Origin: Eledone cirrhosa | Taxonomy: Eukaryota | Length of the DNA stretch: 64,000 nt | Reading direction: 5' to 3' | Assembly: GCA_964016885.1 (NCBI GenBank) | Contig: OZ024755.1 | Coordinates: 42,966,001 to 43,030,000, forward strand | In this document: positions 12,001-25,100 of the stretch, one piece after another | Numbering within the stretch: the first letter of the stretch is position 1 | Layout: each line of letters opens with the position of its first letter | Made by a program: the position numbers and the translations under genes | Notes under the pieces: generated by a model | Told to the model about the DNA's origin: nothing | The model's database searches: none | The model's input: the letters and a program-made list of their open reading frames with translations, nothing else

Positions 12001-14214
12001 GGTGGTTATGGGCTGTTTGTGATGGTGAGGGTGTTGGGTGTGGAGGTGGTTATGGGCTGTGTGTGATGGTGAGGGTGTTAGGTGTGGAGGTGGTTATGGG
12101 CTGTGTGTGAGGGTGAGGGTGTTGGGTGTGAAGGTGGTTATGGGCTGTGTGTGATGGTGAGGGTGTTGGGTGTGGAGGTGGTTATGGGCTGTGTGTGATG
12201 GTAAGGGTGTTGGGTGGGGAGGTGGTTATGGGCTGTGTGTGATGGTGAGGGTGTTGGGTGTGGAGGTGGTTATGGGCTGTGTGTGATGGTAAGGGTGTTG
12301 GGTGTGGAGGTGGTTATGGGCTGTGTGTGATGGTGAGGGTGTTGGGTGTGGAGGTGGTTATGGGCTGTGTGTGATGGTGAGGGTGTTGGGTGTGGAGGTG
12401 GTTATGGGCTGTGTGTGATGGTGAGGGTGTTGGGTGTGGAGGTGGTTATGGGCTGTGTGTGATGGTGAGGGTGTTGGGTGTGGAGGTGGTTATGGGCTGT
12501 GTGTGATGGTGAGGGTGTTGGGTGTGGAGGTGGTTATGTGCTGTGTGTGATGGTGGGGGTGTTGGGTGTAGAGGTGGTTATGGGCTGTGTGTGATGGTGA
12601 GGGTGCTGGGTGTGGAGGTGGTTATGGGCTGTGTGTGATGGTGAGGGTGTTAGGTGTGGAGGTGGTTATGGGCTGTGTGTGATGGTGAGGGTGCTGGGTG
12701 TGGAGGTGTTTATGGGCTGTGTGTGATGGTGAGGGTGCTGGGTGTGGAGGTGGTTATGGGCTGTGTGTGATGGTGAGGGTGTTGGGTGTGAAGGTGGTTA
12801 TGGGCTGTGTGTGATGGTGAGGGTGTTGGGTGTGGAGGTGGTTATGCGCTGTGTGTGATGGTGAGGGTGTTGGGTGTGGAGGTGGTTATGGGCTGTGTGT
12901 GATTGTGAGGGTGTTGGGTGTGGAGGTGGTTATGGGCTGTGTGTGATGGAGAGGGTGTTGGGTGTGGAGGTGGCTATGGGCTGTGTGTGATGGTGAGGGT
13001 GTTGGGTGTGGAGGTGGTTATGGGCTGTGTGTGATGGTGAGGGTGTTGGGTGTGGAGGTGGTTATGCGCTGTGTGTGATGGTGAGGGTGTTGGGTGTGGT
13101 GGTGGTTATGGGCTGTGGGTGATGGTGAGGGTGCTGGGTGTGAAGGTGGTTATGGGTTGTGTGTGATGGTGAGGGTGTTGGGTGTGGAGGTGGTTATGTG
13201 CTGTGTATGATGGTGGGGGTGTTGGGTGTGGAGCTGATTATGGGCTGTGTGTGAGGGTGCTGGGTGTGGAGGTGATTATGGGCTGTGTGTGATGGTGAGG
13301 GTGTTGGGTGGGGAGGTGGTTATGGGCTGTGAATGATGGTGAGGGTGCTGGGTGTGGAGGTGGTTATGGGCTGTGTGTGATGGTGTTGGGTGTGGAGGTG
13401 GTTATGTGCTGTGTGTGATGGTGGGGGTGTTGGGTGAGGAGGTGGTTATGGGCTGTGTGTGATGGTGAGGGTGCTGGGTGTGGAGGTGGTTATGGGCTGT
13501 GTGTGATGGTGAGGGTGTTAGGTGTGTAGGGGGTTATGGGCTGTGTGTGATGGTGAGGGTGCTGGGTGTGGAGGTGGTTATGGGCTGTGTGTGATGGTGA
13601 GGGTGCTGGGTGTGGAGGTGGTTATGGGCTGTGTGTGATGGTGAGGGTGTTGGGTGTGAAGGTGGTTATGGGCTGTGTGTGATGGTGAGGGTGTTGGGTG
13701 TGGAGGTGGTTATGGGCTGTGTGTGATGGTGAGGGTGTTGGGTGTGGAGGTGGTTATGGGCTGTGTGTGATGGTGAGGGTGTTGGGTGTGGAGGTGGTTA
13801 TGGGCTGTGTGTGATGGTGAGGGAGTTGGGTGTGGAGGTGGTTATGGGCTGTGTGTGATGGTGAGGGTGCTGGGTGTGAAGGTGGTTATGGGCTGTGTGT
13901 GATGGTGAGGGTGCTGGGTGTGGAGGTGGTTATGGGCTGTGTGTGATGGTGAGGGTGTTGGGTGTGGAGGTGGTTATGGGCTGTTTGTGATGGTGAGGGT
14001 GTTGGGTGTGGAGGTGGTTATGGGCTGTGTGTGATGGTGAGGGTGTTGGGTGTGGAGGTGGTTATGGGCTGTGTGTGATGGTGAGGGTGCTGGGTGTGAA
14101 GGTGGTTATGGGCTGTGTGTGATGGTGAGGGTGCTGGGTGTGGAGGTGGTTATGGGCTGTGTGTGATGGTGAGGGTGTTGGGTGTGGATGTGGTTATGAG
14201 CTGTGTGTGATGGT
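1..14214 (+). repeat. Higher-order tandem duplication, period 7768 bp (177 monomers); 1..6446 repeated at 7769..14214
   Basis: Rare variants recur at +7768: ttggctgtgaagg (~270/~8038), gggtatgg (~1197/~8965), gatgataagg (~1577/~9345), the 82-aa pseudo-ORF (2252/10020), ggatgtggttatgagc (6421/14189). Match breaks at 6447 (g) vs 14215 (a). 177x44 minus the observed deletions (6+6+6+2) = 7768. Confidence 0.95.
1255..5515 (+). repeat. Older nested duplication, period 2414 bp (55 monomers), inside the 7768-bp unit (repeated at ~9020-13280)
   Basis: Marker pairs at +2414: ggatgtgggggtgg (1284/3698), ggtgtttatggg (2527/4941), ggtggctatggg (2792/5206), and the gtatgatggtggggg...gagctgatt cassette (~3025/~5439). 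55x44-6 = 2414. Many more differences between copies than in the 7768-bp pair. Confidence 0.85.
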
Positions 14215-17200
14215 AAGGGTGTTGGGTGTGGAGGTGATTATGGGCTGTGTGTGATGGTGAGGGTGCTGGGTGTGGAGGTGTTTATGGGCTGTGTGTGATG
14301 GTAAGGGTGTTGGGTGTGGAGGTGGTTATGGGCTGTGTGTGATGGTGAGGGTGTTGGGTGTGGAGGTGGTTATGGGCTGTGTGTGATGGTAAGGGTGTTG
14401 GGTGTGGAGGTGGTTATGGGCTGCGTGTGATGGTGAGGGTGTTGGGTGTGGAGGTGGTTATGGGCTGTGTGTGATGGTGAGGGTGTTGGGTGTGGAGGTG
14501 GTTATGGGCTGTGTGTGATGGTGAGGGTGTTGGGTGTGGAGGTGGTTATGGGCTGTGTGTGATGGTGAGGGTGCTGGGTGTGGAGGTGGTTATGGGCTGT
14601 GTGTGATGGTGAGGGTGCTGGGTGTGGAGGTGGTTATGGGCTGTGTGTGATGGTGTTGGGTGTGGAGGTGGTTATGTGCTGTGTGTGATGGTGAGGGTGC
14701 TGGGTGTGGAGGTGGTTATGGGCTGTGTGTGATGGTGAGGGTGCTGGGTGTGGAGGTGGTTATGGGCTGTGTGTGATGGTGTTGGGTGTGGAGGTGGTAA
14801 TGTGCTGTGTTTGATGGTGAGGGTGCTGGGTGTGGAGGTGGTTATGGGCTGTGTGTGATGGTGAGGGTGCTGGGTGTGGAGGTGGTTATGGGCTGTGTGT
14901 GATGGTGTTGGGTGTGGAGGTGGTTATGTGCTGTGTGTGATGGTGGGGGTGTTGGGTGTGGAGGTGGTTATGGGCTGTGTGTGATGGTGAGGGTGTTAGG
15001 TGTGGAGGTGGTTATGGGCTGTGTGTGATGGTGAGGATGCTGGGTGTGGAGGTGGTTATGGGCTGTGAGTGATGGTGAGGGTGCTGGGTGTGAAGGTGGT
15101 TATGGGCTGTGTGTGATGGTGGGGGTGTTGGGTGTGGAGGTGGTTATGTGCTGTGTGTGATGGTGGGGGTGTTGGGTGTGGAGGTGGTTATGGGCTGTGT
15201 GTGATGGTGAGGGTGCTGGGTGTGAAGGTGGTTATGGGCTGTGTGTGATGGTGAGGGTGCTGGGTGTGGAGGTGGTTATGGGCTGTGTGTGATGGTGAGG
15301 GTGATGGGTGTGGAGGTGGTTATGTGCTGTGTGTGATGGTGAGGGTGTTGGGTGTGAAGGTGATTATGGGCTGTGTGTGATGGTGAGGGTGTTGGGTGTG
15401 GAGGTGGTTATGGGCTGTGTGTGATGGTGAGGGTGCTGGGTGTGGAGGTGGTTATATGGCTGTGAGTGAGGGTGTTGGGTGTGGAGGTGGTTATGGGCTG
15501 TGTGTGATGGTAAGGGTGTTGGGTGTGGAGGTGGTTATGGGCTGTGTGTGATGGTAAGGGTGTTGGTGTGGAGGTGGTTATGGGCTGTGTGTGATGGTGA
15601 GGGTGTTGGGTGTGGAGGTGGTTATGGGCTGTGTGTGATGGTGAGGGTGCTGGGTGTGGAGGTGGTTATGGGCTGTGTGTGATGGTGAGGGTGCTGGGTG
15701 TGGAGGTGGTTATGGGCTGTGTGTGATGGTGAGGGTGTTGGGTGTGAAGGTGGTTATGGGCTGTGTGTGATGGTAAGGGTGTTGGGTGTGGAGGTGGTTA
15801 TGGACTGTGTGTGATGGTGAGGGTGCTGGGTGTGGAGGTGGTTATGGGCTGTGTGTGATGGTGAGGTTGTTGGGTGTGGGGGTGGTTATGGGCTGTGTGT
15901 GATGGTGAGGGTGATGGGTGTGGAGGTGGTTATGTGCTGTGTGTGATGGTGAGGGTGTTGGGTGTGAAGGTGGTTATGGGCTGTGTGTGATGGTGAGGGT
16001 GCTGGGTGTGGAGGTGGTTATGGGCTGTGTGTGATGGTGAGGTCGTTGGGTGTGGGGGTGGTTATGTGCTGTGTGTGATGGTGAGGGTGCTGGGTGTGGA
16101 GGTGGTTATGGGTTGTGTGTGATGGTGAGGGTGTTGGGTGTGGAGGTGGTTATGTGCTGTGTATGATGGTGGGGGTGTTGGGTGTGGAGGTGGTTATGGG
16201 CTGTGTGTGATGGTGAGGGTGTTGGGTGTGGAGGTGGTTATGGGCTGTGTGTGATGGTGAGGGTGTTGGGTGTGGAGGTGGTTATGGGCTGTGTGTGATG
16301 GTGAGGGTGCTGGGTGTGGAGGTGGTTATATGGCTGTGTGTGAGGGTGTTGGGTGTGGAGGTGGTTATGGGCTGTGTGTGATGGTGAGGTTGTTGGGTGT
16401 GGGGGTGGTTATGTGCTGTGTGTGATGGTGAGGGTGCTGGGTGTGGAGGTGGTTATGGGTTGTGTGTGATGGTGAGGGTGTTGGGTGTGGAGGTGGTTAT
16501 GTGCTGTGTATGATGGTGGGGGTGTTGGGTGTGGAGCTGATTATGGGCTGTGTGTGAGGGTGCTGGGTGTGGAGGTGATTATGGGCTGTGTGTGATGGTG
16601 AGGGTGTTGGGTGTGGAGGTGGTTATGGGCTGTGTGTGATGGTGAGGGTGTTGGGTGTGGAGGTGGTTATGGGCTGTGTGTGATGGTGAGGGTGTTGGGT
16701 GTTGAGGTGGTTATGGGCTGTGTGTGATGGTGAGGGTGCTGGGTGTGGAGGTGGTTATATGGCTGTGTGTGAGGGTGTTGGGTGTGAGGTGGTTATGGGC
16801 TGTGTGTGATGGTAAGGGTGTTGGGTGTGGAGGTGGTTATGTGCTGTGTGTGATGGTGAGGGTGTTGGGTGTGGAGGTGGTTATGGGCTGTGTGTGATGG
16901 TAAGGGTGTTGGGTGTGGAGGTGGTTATGGGCTGTGTTTGATGGTGAGGGTGTTGGGTGTGGAGGTGGTTATGGGCTGTGTGTGATGGAGAGGGTGCTGG
17001 GTGTGGAGGTGGTTATGGGCTGTGTGTGATGGTGAGGTTGTTGGGTGTGGGGGTGGTTATGTGCTGTGTGTGATGGTGAGGGTGCTGGGTGTGGAGGTGG
17101 TTATGGGCTGTGTGTGATGGTGAGGGTGTTGGGTGTGGAGGTGGTTATGGGCTGTGTGTGATGGTGAGGGTGCTGGGTGTGAAGGTGGTTATGGGCTGTG

Positions 17201-19140
17201 TGTGATGGTGAGGGTGCTGGGTGTGGAGGTGGTTATGGGCTGTGTGTGATGGTGAGGGTGTTGGGTGTGGATGTGGTTATGAGCTGTGTGTGATGGTAAG
17301 GGTGTTGGGTGTGGAGGTGATTATGGGCTGTGTGTGATGGTGAGGGTGCTGGGTGTGGAGGTGTTTATGGGCTGTGTGTGATGGTAAGGGTGTTGGGTGT
17401 GGAGGTGGTTATGGGCTGTGTGTGATGGTGAGGGTGTTGGGTGTGGAGGTGGTTATGGGCTGTGTGTGATGGTAAGGGTGTTGGGTGTGGAGGTGGTTAT
17501 GGGCTGCGTGTGATGGTGAGGGTGTTGGGTGTGGAGGTGGTTATGGGCTGTGTGTGATGGTGAGGGTGTTGGGTGTGGAGGTGGTTATGGGCTGTGTGTG
17601 ATGGTGAGGGTGTTGGGTGTGGAGGTGGTTATGGGCTGTGTGTGATGGTGAGGGTGCTGGGTGTGGAGGTGGTTATGGGCTGTGTGTGATGGTGAGGGTG
17701 CTGGGTGTGGAGGTGGTTATGGGCTGTGTGTGATGGTGTTGGGTGTGGAGGTGGTTATGTGCTGTGTGTGATGGTGAGGGTGCTGGGTGTGGAGGTGGTT
17801 ATGGGCTGTGTGTGATGGTGAGGGTGCTGGGTGTGGAGGTGGTTATGGGCTGTGTGTGATGGTGTTGGGTGTGGAGGTGGTAATGTGCTGTGTTTGATGG
17901 TGAGGGTGCTGGGTGTGGAGGTGGTTATGGGCTGTGTGTGATGGTGAGGGTGCTGGGTGTGGAGGTGGTTATGGGCTGTGTGTGATGGTGTTGGGTGTGG
18001 AGGTGGTTATGTGCTGTGTGTGATGGTGGGGGTGTTGGGTGTGGAGGTGGTTATGGGCTGTGTGTGATGGTGAGGGTGTTAGGTGTGGAGGTGGTTATGG
18101 GCTGTGTGTGATGGTGAGGGTGCTGGGTGTGGAGGTGGTTATGGGCTGTGAGTGATGGTGAGGGTGCTGGGTGTGAAGGTGGTTATGGGCTGTGTGTGAT
18201 GGTGGGGGTGTTGGGTGTGGAGGTGGTTATGTGCTGTGTGTGATGGTGGGGGTGTTGGGTGTGGAGGTGGTTATGGGCTGTGTGTGATGGTGAGGGTGCT
18301 GGGTGTGAAGGTGGTTATGGGCTGTGTGTGATGGTGAGGGTGCTGGGTGTGGAGGTGGTTATGGGCTGTGTGTGATGGTGACGGTGATGGGTGTGGAGGT
18401 GGTTATGTGCTGTGTGTGATGGTGAGGGTGTTGGGTGTGAAGGTGATTATGGGCTGTGTGTGATGGTGAGGGTGTTGGGTGTGGAGGTGGTTATGGGCTG
18501 TGTGTGATGGTGAGGGTGCTGGGTGTGGAGGTGGTTATATGGCTGTGTGTGAGGGTGTTTGTTGTGGAGGTGGTTATGGGCTGTGTGTGATGGTAAGGGT
18601 GTTGGGTGTGGAGGTGGTTATGGGCTGTGTGTGATGGTGAGGGTGTTGGGTGTGGAGGTGGTTATGGGCTGTGTGTGATGGTAAGGGTGTTGGTGTGGAG
18701 GTGGTTATGGGCTGTGTGTGATGGTGAGGGTGTTGGGTGTGGAGGTGGTTATGGGCTGTGTGTGATGGTGAGGGTGCTGGGTGTGGAGGTGGTTATGGGC
18801 TGTGTGTGATGGTGAGGGTGCTGGGTGTGGAGGTGGTTATGGGCTGTGTGTGATGGTGAGGGTGTTGGGTGTGAAGGTGGTTATGGGCTGTGTGTGATGG
18901 TAAGGGTGTTGGGTGTGGAGGTGGTTATGGGCTGTGTGTGATGGTGAGGGTGCTGGGTGTGGAGGTGGTTATGGGCTGTGTGTGATGGTGAGGTTGTTGG
19001 GTGTGGGGGTGGTTATGGGCTGTGTGTGATGGTGAGGGTGATGGGTGTGGAGGTGGTTATGTGCTGTGTGTGATGGTGAGGGTGTTGGGTGTGAAGGTGG
19101 TTATGGGCTGTGTGTGATGGTGAGGGTGCTGGGTGTGGAG
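14005..19140 (+). repeat. Higher-order duplication, period 3083 bp (71 monomers), shifting to 3127 after a one-monomer gain
   Basis: Marker pairs 14189/17272, 14281/17364, 14424/17507 (+3083). The 1-bp-deleted ttggtgtgg monomer and the ORF pair 15479/18606 are at +3127. 71x44 minus net observed indels (41) = 3083. Confidence 0.88.
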
Positions 19141-22100
19141 GTGGTTATATGGCTGTGTGTGAGGGTGTTGGGTGTGAGGTGGTTATGGGCTGTGTGTGAT
19201 GGTAAGGGTGTTGGGTGTGTTGGTGGTTATGTGCTGTGTGTGATGGTGAGGGTGTTGGGTGTGGAGGTGGTTATGGGCTGTGTGTGATGGTAAGGGTGTT
19301 AGGTGTGGAGGTGGTTATGGGCTGTGTTTGATGGTGAGGGTGTTGGGTGTGGAGGTGGTTATGGGCTGTGTGTGATGGAGAGGGTGCTGGGTGTGGAGGT
19401 GGTTATGGGCTGTGTGTGATGGTGAGGTTGTTGGGTGTGGGGGTGGTTATGTGCTGTGTGTGATGGTGAGGGTGCTGGGTGTGGAGGTGGTTATGGGTTG
19501 TGTGTGATGGTGAGGGTGTTGGGTGTGGAGGTGGTTATGTGCTGTGTATGATGGTGGGGGTGTTGGGTGTGGGGCTGATTATGGGCTGTGTGTGAGGGTG
19601 CTGGGTGTGGAGGTGATTATGGGCTGTGTGTGATGGTGAGGGTGTTGGGTGTGGAGGTGGTTATGGGCTGTGTGTGATGGTGAGGGTGCTGGGTGTGGAA
19701 GTGGTTATATGGCTGTGTGTGAGGGTGTTGGGTGTGGAGGTGGTTATGGGCTGTGTGTGATGGTAAGGGTGTTGGGTGTGGAGGTGGTTATGGGCTGCGT
19801 GTGATGGTAAGGGTGTTGGGTGTGGAGGTGGTTATGGGCTGTGTGTGATGGTGAGGGTGTTGGGTGTGGAGGTGGTTATGGGCTGTGTGTGATGGTGTGG
19901 GTGTTGGTGTGGAGGTGGTTATGGGCTGTGTGTGATGGTGAGGGTGTTGGGTGTGGAGGTGGTTATGGGCTGTGTGTGATGGTAAGGGTGTTGGGTGTGG
20001 AGGTGGTTATGGGCTGTGTGTGATGGTGAGGGTGTTGGGTGTGGAGGTGGTTATGGGCTGTGTGTGATGGTGAGGGTGTTGGGTGTGGAGGTGGTTATGG
20101 GCTGTGTGTGATGGTGAGGGTGTTGGGTGTGGAGGTGGTTATGGGCTGTGTGTGATGGTGAGGGTGTTGGGTGTGGAGGTGGTTATGGGCTGTGTGTGAT
20201 GGTGAGGGTGTTGGGTGTGGAGGTGGTTATGGGCTGTGTGTGATGGTGAGGGTGTTGGGTGTGGAGGTGGTTATGGGCTGTGTGTGATGGTAAGGGTGTT
20301 GGGTGTGGAGGTGGTTATGGGCTGTGTGTGATGGTGAGGGTGTTGGGTGTGGAGGTGGTTATGGGCTGTGTGTGATGGTGAGGGTGTTGGGTGTGGAGGT
20401 GGTTATGGGCTGTGTGTGATGGTGAGGGTGTTGGGTGTGGAGGTGGTTATGGGCTGTGTGTGATGGTGAGGGTGTTGGGTGTGGAGGTGGTTATGGGCTG
20501 TGTGTGATGGTGAGGGTGTTGGGTGTGGAGGTGGTTATGGGCTGCGTGTGATGGTGAGGGTGTTGGGTGTGGAGCTGATTATGGGCTGTGTGTGAGGGTG
20601 CTGGGTGTGGAGGTGATTATGGGCTGTGTGTGATGGTGAGGGTGTTGGGTGTGGAGGTGGTTATGGGCTGTGTGTGATGGTGAGGGTGCTGGGTGTGGAG
20701 GTGGTTATGGGCTGTGTGTGATGGTGAGGTTGTTGGGTGTGGAGGTGGTTATGGGCTGTGTGTGATGGTGAGGGTGTTGGGTGTGGAGGTGGTTATGGGC
20801 TGTGTGTGATGGTGAGGGTGTTGGGTGTGGAGGTGGTTATGGGCTGTGTGTGATGGTGAGGATGCTGGGTGTGGAGGTGGTTATGGGTTGTGTGTGATGG
20901 TGAGGGTGTTGGGTGTGGAGATGGTTATGGGCTGTGTGTGATGGTGAGGGTGCTGGGTGTGGAGGTGGTTATGGGCTGTGTGTGATGGTGAGGGTGTTGG
21001 GTGTGGAGGTGGTTATGGGCTGTGTGTGATGGTGAGGGTGCTGGGTGTGGAGGTGGTTATGGGTTGTGTGTGATGGTGAGGGTGTTGGGTGTGGAGGTGG
21101 TTATGTGCTGTGTATGATGGTGGGGGTGTTGGGTGTGGAGGTGATTATGGGCTGTGTGTGAGGGTGTTGGGTGTGGAGGTGGTTATGGGCTGTGTGTGAT
21201 GGTAAGGGTGTTGGGTGTGGAGGTGGTTATATGGCTGTGTGTGAGGGTGTTGGGTGTGGAGGTGGTTATATGGCTGTGTGTGAGGGTGTTGGGTGTGGAG
21301 GTGGTTATGGGCTGTGTGTGATGGTAAGGGTGTTGGGTGTGGAGGTGGTTATGGGCTGTGTGTGATGTTAAGGGTGTTGGGTGTGGAGGTGGTTATGGGC
21401 TGTGTGTGATGGTGAGGGTGTTGGGTGTGGAGGTGGTTATGGGCTGTGTGTGATGGTGAGGGTGTTGGGTGTGGAGGTGGTTATGGGCTGTGTGTGATGG
21501 TGAGGGTGTTGGGTGTGGAGGTGGTTATGGGCTGTGTGTGATGGTGAGGGTGTTGGGTGTGGGGGTGGTTATGGGCTGTGTGTGATGGTGAGGGTGTTGG
21601 GTGTGGAGGTGGTTATGGGCTGTGTGTGATGGTGAGAGTGTTGGGTGTGGAGGTGGTTATGGGCTGTGTGTGATGGTGAGGGTGTTGGGTGTGGAGGTGG
21701 TTATGGGCTGTGTGTGATGGTGAGGGTGTTGGGTGTGGAGGTGGTTATGGGCTGTGTGTGATGGTGAGGGTGTTGGGTGTGGAGGTGGTTATGGGCTGTG
21801 TGTGATGGTGAGGGTGTTGGGTGTGGAGGTGGTTATGGGCTGTGTGTGATGGTGAGGGTGTTGGGTGTGGAGGTGGTAATGGGCTGTGTGTGATGGTGAG
21901 GGTGTTGGGTGTGGAGGTGGTTATGGGCTGTGTGTGATGGTGTTGGGTGTGGAGGTGGTTATGTGCTGTGTGTGATGGTGGGGGTGTTGGGTGTGGAGGT
22001 GGTTATGGGCTGTGTGTGATGGTGAGGGTGCTGGGTGTGGAGGTGGTTATGGGCTGTGTGTGATGGTGTTGGGTGTGGAGGTGGTTATGTGCTGTGTGTG

Positions 22101-25100
22101 ATGGTGGGGGTGTTGGGTGTGGAGGTGGTTATGGGCTGTGTGTGATGGTGAGGGTGCTGGGTGTGGAGGTGGTTATGGGCTGTGTGTGATGGTGAGGGTG
22201 CTGGGTGTGGAGGTGGTTATGGGCTGTGTGTGATGGTGTTGGGTGTGGAGGTGGTTATGTGCTGTGTGTGATGGTGGGAGTGTTGGGTGTGGAGGTGGTT
22301 ATGGGCTGTGTGTGATGGTGAGAGTGCTGGGTGTGGAGGTGGTTATGGGCTGTGTGTGATGGTGAGGGTGCTGGGTGTGGAGGTGGTTATGGGCTGTGTG
22401 TGATGGTGTTGGGTGTGGAGGTGGTTATGTGCTGTGTGTGATGGTGGGGGTGTTGGGTATGGAGGTGGTTATGGGCTGTGTATGATGGTGAGGGTGCTGG
22501 GTGTGGAGGTGGTTATGGGCTGTGTGATGGTGAGGGTGTTAGGTGTGGAGGCGGTTATGGGCTGTGTGTGATGGTGAGGGTGCTGGGTGTGGAAGTGGTT
22601 ATGGGCTGTGTGTGATGGTGACGGTGCTGGGTGTGGAGGTGGTTATGGGCTGTGTGTGATGGTGAGGGTGTTGGGTGTGAAGGTGGTTATGGGCTGTGTG
22701 TGATGGTGAGGGTGTTGGGTGTGGAGGTGGTTATGGGCTGTGTGTGATGGTGAGGGTGTTGGGTGTGGAGGTGGTTATCGGCTGTGTGTGATGGTGAGGG
22801 TGTTGGGTGTGGAGGTGGTTATGGGCTGTGTGTGATGGTGAGGGTGTTGGGTGTGGAGGTGGTTATGGGCTGTGTGTGATGGTGAGGGTGCTGGGTGTGA
22901 AGGTGGTTATGGGCTGTGTGTGATGGTGAGGGTGCTGGGTGTGGAGGTGGTTATGGGCTGTGTGTGATGGTGAGGGTGTTGGGTGTGGAGGTGGTTATGA
23001 GCTGTGTGTGATGGTAAGGGTGTTGGGTGTGGAGGTGATTATGGGCTGTGTGTGATGGTGAGGGTGCTGGGTGTGGAGGTGGTTATGGGCTGTGTGTGAT
23101 GGTGAGGGTGTTAGGTGTGGAGGTGGTTATGGGCTGTGTGTGATGGTGAGGGAGCTGGGTGTGGAGGTGGTTATGGGCTGTGTGTGATGGTAAGGGTGTT
23201 GGGTGTGGAGGTGGTTATGGGCTGTGTGTGATGGTGAGGGTGTTGGGTGTGGAGGTGGTTATGGGCTGTGTGTGATGGTAAGGGTGTTGGGTGTGGAGGT
23301 GGTTATGGGCTGTGTGTGATGGTGAGGGTGTTGGGTGTGGAGGTGGTTATGGGCTGTGTGTGATGGTGAGGGTGTTGGGTGTGGAGGTGGTTATGGGCTG
23401 TGTGTGATGGTGAGGGTGTTGGGTGTGGAGGTGGTTATGGGTGTGTGTGATGGTGAGGGTGCTGGGTGTGGAGGTGGTTATGGGCTGTGTGTGATGGTGT
23501 TGGATGTGGAGGTGGTAATGTGCTGTGTGTGATGGTTAGGGTGCTGGGTGTGGAGGTGGTTATGGGCTGTGTGTGATGGTGTTGGGAGTGGAGGTGGTTA
23601 TGTGCTGTGTGAGATGGTGGGGGTGTTGGGTGTGGAGGTGGTTATGGGCTGTGTGTGATGGTGAGGGTGCTGGGTGTGGAGGTGGTTATGGGCTGTGTGT
23701 GATGGTGAGGGTGTTAGGTGTGGAGGTGGTTATGGGCTGTGTGTGATGGTGAGGGTGCTCGGTGTGGAGGTGGTTATGGGCTGTGTGTGATGGTGTTAGG
23801 TGTGGAGGTGGTTATGTGCTGTGTGTGATGGTGGGGGTGTTGGGTGTGGAGGTGGTTATGGGCTGTGTGTGATGGTGAGGGTGCTGGGTGTGGAGGTGGT
23901 TATGGGCTGTGTGTGATGGTGAGGGTGTTAGGTGTGGAGGTGGTTATGGGCTGTGTGTGATGGTGAGGGTGCTGGGTGTGGAGGTGGTTATGGGCTGTGA
24001 GTGATGGTGAGGGTGCTGGGTGTGAAGGTGGTTATGGGCTGTGTGTGATGGTGGGGGTGTTGGGTGTGGAGGTGGTTATGTGCTGTGTGTGATGGTGGGG
24101 GTGTTGGGTGTGGAGGTGGTTATGGGCTGTGTGTGATGGTGAGGGTGTTGGGTGTGGAGGTGATTATGGGCTGTGTGTGATGGTGAGGGTGCTGGGTGTG
24201 GAGGTGGTTATGGGCTGTGTGTGATGGTGAGGGTGCTGGGTGTGGGGGTGGTTATGGGCTGTGTGTGATGGTAAGGGTGTTGAGTGTGGAGGTGGTTATG
24301 GGCTGTGTGTGATGGTGAGGGTGTTGGGTGTGGAGGTGGTTATGGGCTGTGTGTGATGGTGAGGGTGATGGGTGTGGAGGTGGTTATGTGCTGTGTGTGA
24401 TGGTGAGGGTGTTGGGTGTGAAGGTGGTTATGGGCTGTGTGTGATGGTGAGTGTGCTGGGTGTGGAGGTGGTTATGGGCTGTGTGTGATGGTGAGGGTGT
24501 TGGGTGTGGGGGTGGTTATGTGCTGTGTGTGATGGTGAGGGTGCTGGGTGTGGAGGTGGTTATGGGTTGTGTGTGATGGTGAGGGTGTTGGGTGTGGAGG
24601 TGGTTATGTGCTGTGTATGATGGTGGGGGTGTTGGGTGTGGAGCTGATTATGGGCTGTGTGTGATGGTGAGGGTGCTGGGTGTGGAGGTGGTTATGGGCT
24701 GTGTGTGATGGTGAGGGTGTTGGGTGTGGAGGTGGTTATGGGCTGTGTGTGATGGTGAGGGTGTTGGGTGTGGAGGTGGTTATGGGCTGTGTGTGATGGT
24801 GAGGGTGTTGGGTGTGGAGGTGGTTATGGGCTGTGTGTGATGGTGAGGGTGTTGGGTGTGGAGGTGGTTATGGTCTGTGTGTGATGGTGAGGGTGTTGGG
24901 TGTGGAGGTGGTTATGGGCTGTGTGTGATGGTAAGGGTGTTGGGTGTGGAGGTGGTTATGGGCTGTGTGTGATGGTGAGGGTGCTGGGTGTGGAGGTGGT
25001 TATGGGCTGTGTGTGATGGTGAGGGTGCTGGGTGTGGAGGTGGTTATGGGCTGTGTGTGATGGTGAGGGTGTTGGGTGTGGAGGTGGTTATGGGCTGTGT

